Made by a program: the position numbers and the translations under genes
Virus record (IMG/VR): IMGVR_UViG_3300013383_000004
Location: 32,756 to 96,755 of that record
Reading direction: 5' to 3' (one strand)
Source of the DNA: a virus
Lineage: Duplodnaviria > Caudoviricetes
Length of the DNA: 64,000 nt
Shown here: positions 60,623 to 64,000 of the stretch, in pieces
Layout of the letters: each line of letters opens with the position of its first letter
Position numbering within the stretch: the first letter of the stretch is position 1
Notes under the pieces: generated by a model
The model's input: only the letters and a program-made list of their open reading frames with translations
Database searches by the model: none
What the model was told of the DNA's origin: nothing

Positions 60623-60735
60623 AATATTATTATATAAAATAATTGAATAATTAGGAATATTGTCATTTCAAAAGCTATAAAGATTAAGAATGACAATATT
60701 CCAATTAGAAGAGTTTTCTTTATTTTACTTAACAT
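60619..60735 (-). CDS. 38-aa hydrophobic membrane peptide (not in ORF track)
   Basis: MLSKIKKTLLIGILSFLIFIAFEMTIFLIIQLFYIIIL; fills the gap exactly and its stop overlaps the next ATG (ATGA). Confidence 0.55.
   Translation of the reverse strand: MLSKIKKTLLIGILSFLIFIAFEMTIFLIIQLFYIIIL
60654..60702. repeat. 14-bp perfect inverted repeat with 21-nt spacer
   Basis: GGAATATTGTCATT (60654-67) / AATGACAATATTCC (60689-702). Confidence 0.8.
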
Positions 60736-61027
60736 TCTGTTCAAGTAAACTAGCGATTGTATCAATATTTGGTTCTAGCTGCCAATAAATATCTATTTTA
60801 TTTTCTATTTCTATATTTGGTGGCCATGGAGTGAGAATAAATTCATATTCACATCTACCCCAATATTGATACCTACATTGTGCATCTACAAATTCAACAA
60901 ATTCCTCATGAGATTTTGGCCTTCTCTCAAAGCTATTCTTATATTTATACATAAGATAAGGCATAATATCATAATGATAGAATTTTTTTGAATTAGGATT
61001 ATAACAAATTGCATAAAATGGTTTCAT
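60725..61027 (-). CDS. hypothetical protein
   Basis: 100-aa ORF, coupled to upstream gene. Confidence 0.65.
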   Translation of the reverse strand: MKPFYAICYNPNSKKFYHYDIMPYLMYKYKNSFERRPKSHEEFVEFVDAQCRYQYWGRCEYEFILTPWPPNIEIENKIDIYWQLEPNIDTIASLLEQNVK

Positions 61028-61713
61028 ATTCCTACAGGTGTATTATCTTCAAATGTATAATTTGCACAAAGGTCTTCAAATGAAACAAATATACTAATAT
61101 TATTACATCTTATACAGACCTGTCTGTCTAAAATAGCATCAATATCATATTTATATGTTCCATGTTTAATATATGAACGGTTTTTGATAATATCGAAACA
61201 CTCTTCTCTATTACTAAATGGACGATAGGGCTTGATTCTATATTTTCCATTTATAAAATCGAATTTTTGAGTATCCTTCCCTACATTTCTCCAATGTTTT
61301 CCTTTCTTATGTTGAAGATGTCCATTAGAAGTAATGAGAGAGAATATATTATCTATCCCTACATTAGTAGGACAAGGCTTGAGGTATGCTCCATCATCCA
61401 TATAATAATATTCATATAGTTCAGATGAGGTATATTTAAGCTCTCTTGTGCCTATTTTAATATAATTTGGTTGAACAGATAGTCTGAATATATCTCCATC
61501 TATATCTGTCACCCAATCAATAGATTTATGCTTCGCCATTAATGACATCATCCATACACTTGGAGAGATAGTTCTATATTCATATTTAGTAAAATCAAAT
61601 ATGCCTATATTATTAATGTCAACATAGTCATTCTTTCCAATCTCACTAAATTGTAGAATATTTCCCTTTGAACATTCTGTAAGAAGAGTTTTTATAATAT
61701 CTAAATTATTCAT
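61024..61713 (-). CDS. hypothetical protein with apparent internal duplication
   Basis: Two similar halves (FDFTKYEYRTI / FDFINGKYRIKPYRPF). Confidence 0.6.
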   Translation of the reverse strand: MNNLDIIKTLLTECSKGNILQFSEIGKNDYVDINNIGIFDFTKYEYRTISPSVWMMSLMAKHKSIDWVTDIDGDIFRLSVQPNYIKIGTRELKYTSSELYEYYYMDDGAYLKPCPTNVGIDNIFSLITSNGHLQHKKGKHWRNVGKDTQKFDFINGKYRIKPYRPFSNREECFDIIKNRSYIKHGTYKYDIDAILDRQVCIRCNNISIFVSFEDLCANYTFEDNTPVGI

Positions 61714-61715
61714 AG

Positions 61716-62024
61716 TTAATCACAATAAACCCAATCATCATCCCCTTCACCAAAAGTATAGAAGGCACAATATAAACATCCCCATTCTACAGAAAGACAC
61801 GTCATAGATATATCATTCTTGTCAGGAAGACCATCTACAAACTCTTTCATTTCTTTATCTGGAAAACACCATTTAGAATCGAAATAAATTTCTAGATTTC
61901 CTCCATCAGCAGAAAAATCTTCAATGTCAGTATTCCCCCATTCCTTAAAATAGGATTTTACATACTCTAAATTCTTTGGATTTTCTGAATACACCCGAAG
62001 AGTGTTACTGCAAGTATTTGCCAT
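61716..62024 (-). CDS. ferredoxin-like (DUF1281/YubB-like) protein
   Basis: MAN.C.N.L and L.I.FDSKW..P...E.G motifs. Confidence 0.5.
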   Translation of the reverse strand: MANTCSNTLRVYSENPKNLEYVKSYFKEWGNTDIEDFSADGGNLEIYFDSKWCFPDKEMKEFVDGLPDKNDISMTCLSVEWGCLYCAFYTFGEGDDDWVYCD

Positions 62025-62038
62025 AGTTATTTAATTTA

Positions 62039-62485
62039 TTATTCAACTATTTTAACATATAATGTGTCATGAGAAGCTGCTTTGTCAGCTTTCTTTACAA
62101 TATCCCCAATTTTTGAGAAATTCTTGTCAAGGACTATCACATCATCAACGAAATAATCACTTTCACCACGATTGTTGAAAACATTCTTAAATCCCCAAAC
62201 TTGATGATACTTTATCTTTACTTTCCATCCCTCAACCTGCGCTTTTATTAATGTGTCAATGAGCTTCTGTTGGTCATTACGGTCATTATCCATGGAGAAA
62301 GCGAATGGCTCCCCACTTGAGTTCATGCCTGTCTGGGTGATATTTAACAACCCATCCCAAGAATCCCAAAAAACTCCTGCCTTACTGAACTTAGTCACCG
62401 TACCAACACGCTCTCCATCTGAGAAATGCTCTTTGCAAGATGTCAAACATATTGCTGCCATTAAAAACAATAAAATTTTCTTCAT
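62039..62485 (-). CDS. lipoprotein
   Basis: Signal peptide with lipobox LTSC; SDGERVG...KFSK.G....WDG.L motif. Confidence 0.75.
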   Translation of the reverse strand: MKKILLFLMAAICLTSCKEHFSDGERVGTVTKFSKAGVFWDSWDGLLNITQTGMNSSGEPFAFSMDNDRNDQQKLIDTLIKAQVEGWKVKIKYHQVWGFKNVFNNRGESDYFVDDVIVLDKNFSKIGDIVKKADKAASHDTLYVKIVE

Positions 62486-62577
62486 AATGTATTAAATACT
62501 AATTTAATATTTCTAATATAGTTATCTGTTATTTCTATGAAATTAATGTGTTCTTTCTTTAGTAAATGATAGATACC

Positions 62578-62844
62578 TTAGAAATCATGTACTAAACTTT
62601 CACATAGTTCTTTAGTATTATAGAAGAGTTTGTTAAAAGGAATGTTATATAACTCAGCATACCCATCTTCATCTTCTTCATAAATAGTAGCATAGGAAGT
62701 ATTACATTCATCAGTGCTTCTAAGATTTACTTTACCAACTTGTAATACAATTCCTCTTATTTTACCTGTATGAATCTCATTATTCATAAGATAAAATACT
62801 TTGTCTCCTAATTTAAAATCAGAATGCAAATTAGTTCCACTCAT
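62578..62844 (-). CDS. hypothetical protein
   Basis: 88 aa; F..GDKVFY....I..G.I..I, LF..KEL pattern. Confidence 0.6.
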   Translation of the reverse strand: MSGTNLHSDFKLGDKVFYLMNNEIHTGKIRGIVLQVGKVNLRSTDECNTSYATIYEEDEDGYAELYNIPFNKLFYNTKELCESLVHDF

Positions 62845-62990
62845 AATTTTCCAATATTAGTAATGTTATTAATACTTCTTCCTTTATCTGTTTCCTTTAT
62901 ATATCTACTTGCCGTATTATGTGCAATAGATATATTTGGGGCAATAACAGAGAAAGTCTTAGAATTACAGTCTATTTGAAATATATACAT
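62841..62990 (-). CDS. 49-aa hypothetical protein (not in ORF track)
   Basis: MYIFQIDCNSKTFSVIAPNISIAH...GKL*; ATGA overlap with the next gene. Confidence 0.5.
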   Translation of the reverse strand: MYIFQIDCNSKTFSVIAPNISIAHNTASRYIKETDKGRSINNITNIGKL

Positions 62991-63001
62991 TATTAAATAA
63001 T

Positions 63002-63205
63002 TTATATATTATTTTCCTCACCAAATTCTTCCTTTAATTTATCAATAACCATGGTAGGATTAACTTCTGATGCTTTAATAATAGATGTAAACACATTTGC
63101 TATATTATAAGGAAGGTTTTCATCACGAGTATTAGTAGAAAGAGTATATTTAACTCCTTCCCTAGTGTAAGAAATTATTAAATCATTTATCATTGTTTTT
63201 TCCAA
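63002..63205 (-). CDS. hypothetical protein
   Basis: 67-aa ORF in operon. Confidence 0.55.
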   Translation of the reverse strand: MEKTMINDLIISYTREGVKYTLSTNTRDENLPYNIANVFTSIIKASEVNPTMVIDKLKEEFGEENNI

Positions 63206-63393
63206 CTTTTATATAACCAAATTAATATTTGAATACATAGAGATATGGGTAATATATTTATTATTAGTAATAATACCCATGTAGGTATAAATATAATAAA
63301 GATTTCCCAATGCAGTAATCCAATGCACCACATTATAATAAATATGGATTGAATTACTGCATATATTGTTAATACATATTTAAGTACATTCAT
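63190..63393 (-). CDS. small membrane protein
   Basis: Two TM segments with W..IFIPTW motif; likely start ATG 63393 coupled to upstream stop. Confidence 0.6.
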   Translation of the reverse strand: MNVLKYVLTIYAVIQSIFIIMWCIGLLHWEIFIIFIPTWVLLLIINILPISLCIQILIWLYKSWKKQ

Positions 63394-63974
63394 TTCCTTA
63401 TTAGATAGAAGTCGGCCCACAAATCAATAAACCGTTTCCCACTGTATTCTGCCAATTCCTTGCTCTTATAGCAAAGGCGAAAGCCAAAGCATGCACCCAA
63501 GGGGGCGTAATCTGAGCACGCAAAGGCGAGGCCTGCCCATTCTCCTTGGTAGTTACCAAAGTCTTTGAGAGGGTGCTCCTGCTTCCATTCATCACTCTTC
63601 TTTGACAACTCTTCATCTTTCCAGAGATAGAACCAAGGATACCACCGCCACTCATTCCGTGTGAATTGTGGCTTCCACCCCTCATTCAAGGCGGCTGTGA
63701 TGATGCGGAGTTTATGATAAGCCAATACATCGGCAATGTCCTTGCACTTATCCAAACTATCCTCACATCCTTGATACATAGAGTTCCATGTTCTCACAAA
63801 AGGATGTTCATTACCCAATTCTTTACAAGCATCCTCAAAGGTTTTGATGCGCTCTGTGACAGGGCAGTTGTACTTATCAAGATATAAGTCGGGGAATAAT
63901 GTGGACAACATTTTCTTTCCACTCTCTGTGGCTGTTCTGTATGCAGCCTTGATGTTCTTTACGTCAATCTCCAT
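63390..63974 (-). CDS. Bacteroidetes phage protein with C-terminal G[FS]RLC motif
   Basis: VTERIKTFEDAC, AY.KLRII.AALNEGW.P, YPWF, GFRLCYKS; visibly higher GC than the core genes. Confidence 0.7.
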   Translation of the reverse strand: MEIDVKNIKAAYRTATESGKKMLSTLFPDLYLDKYNCPVTERIKTFEDACKELGNEHPFVRTWNSMYQGCEDSLDKCKDIADVLAYHKLRIITAALNEGWKPQFTRNEWRWYPWFYLWKDEELSKKSDEWKQEHPLKDFGNYQGEWAGLAFACSDYAPLGACFGFRLCYKSKELAEYSGKRFIDLWADFYLIRK

Positions 63975-64000
63975 TTTCTATTAACCAATTAATATCAATT

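Noticed and set aside
62482-62577. In-frame continuation past the TAA of ORF 62578-62844 (possible readthrough)
   Set aside because: TAA is a strong stop and a 31-codon open frame without motifs can occur by chance
1-64000. tRNA, rRNA, CRISPR array, integrase or DGR reverse transcriptase
   Set aside because: Intergenic gaps are short and contain only promoters or terminators; no cloverleaf, repeat-spacer array, recombinase or RT motifs were seen by eye

Overview
AT-rich segment of a crAss-like (Crassvirales) Bacteroidetes phage read with the standard genetic code. Gene order matches what I recall for the PhiCrAss001 (Steigviridae-like) virion module. The + strand (1-41.6 kb) carries terminase, portal, head/tail fibres, a lysis cassette, a putative scaffold, the major capsid protein (MCP), ring, hub and muzzle tail proteins, and large cargo proteins. 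The - strand (41.6-64 kb) carries a large virion protein, the virion RNA polymerase (RNAP) and a mosaic accessory block (ThyX, PI-PLC-like, macrodomain-like, a lipoprotein, small ORFs). The main result is five group I introns that the ORF track shows only as fragments. Four split the MCP gene into five exons (reconstructed product 504 aa). One splits the catalytic DFD|VD motif of the virion RNAP (reconstructed product 2914 aa). All five show U.G P1 pairing, P10 pairing and a terminal G, and each carries an ORF: GIY-YIG, two HNH, LAGLIDADG, and one apparently nuclease-less HTH protein. The virion RNAP also has an N-terminal HExxH metallopeptidase-like domain and a NADAR-like domain, a candidate co-injected anti-ADP-ribosylation module. 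Family assignments come from motif recognition and recalled synteny, not from database searches.
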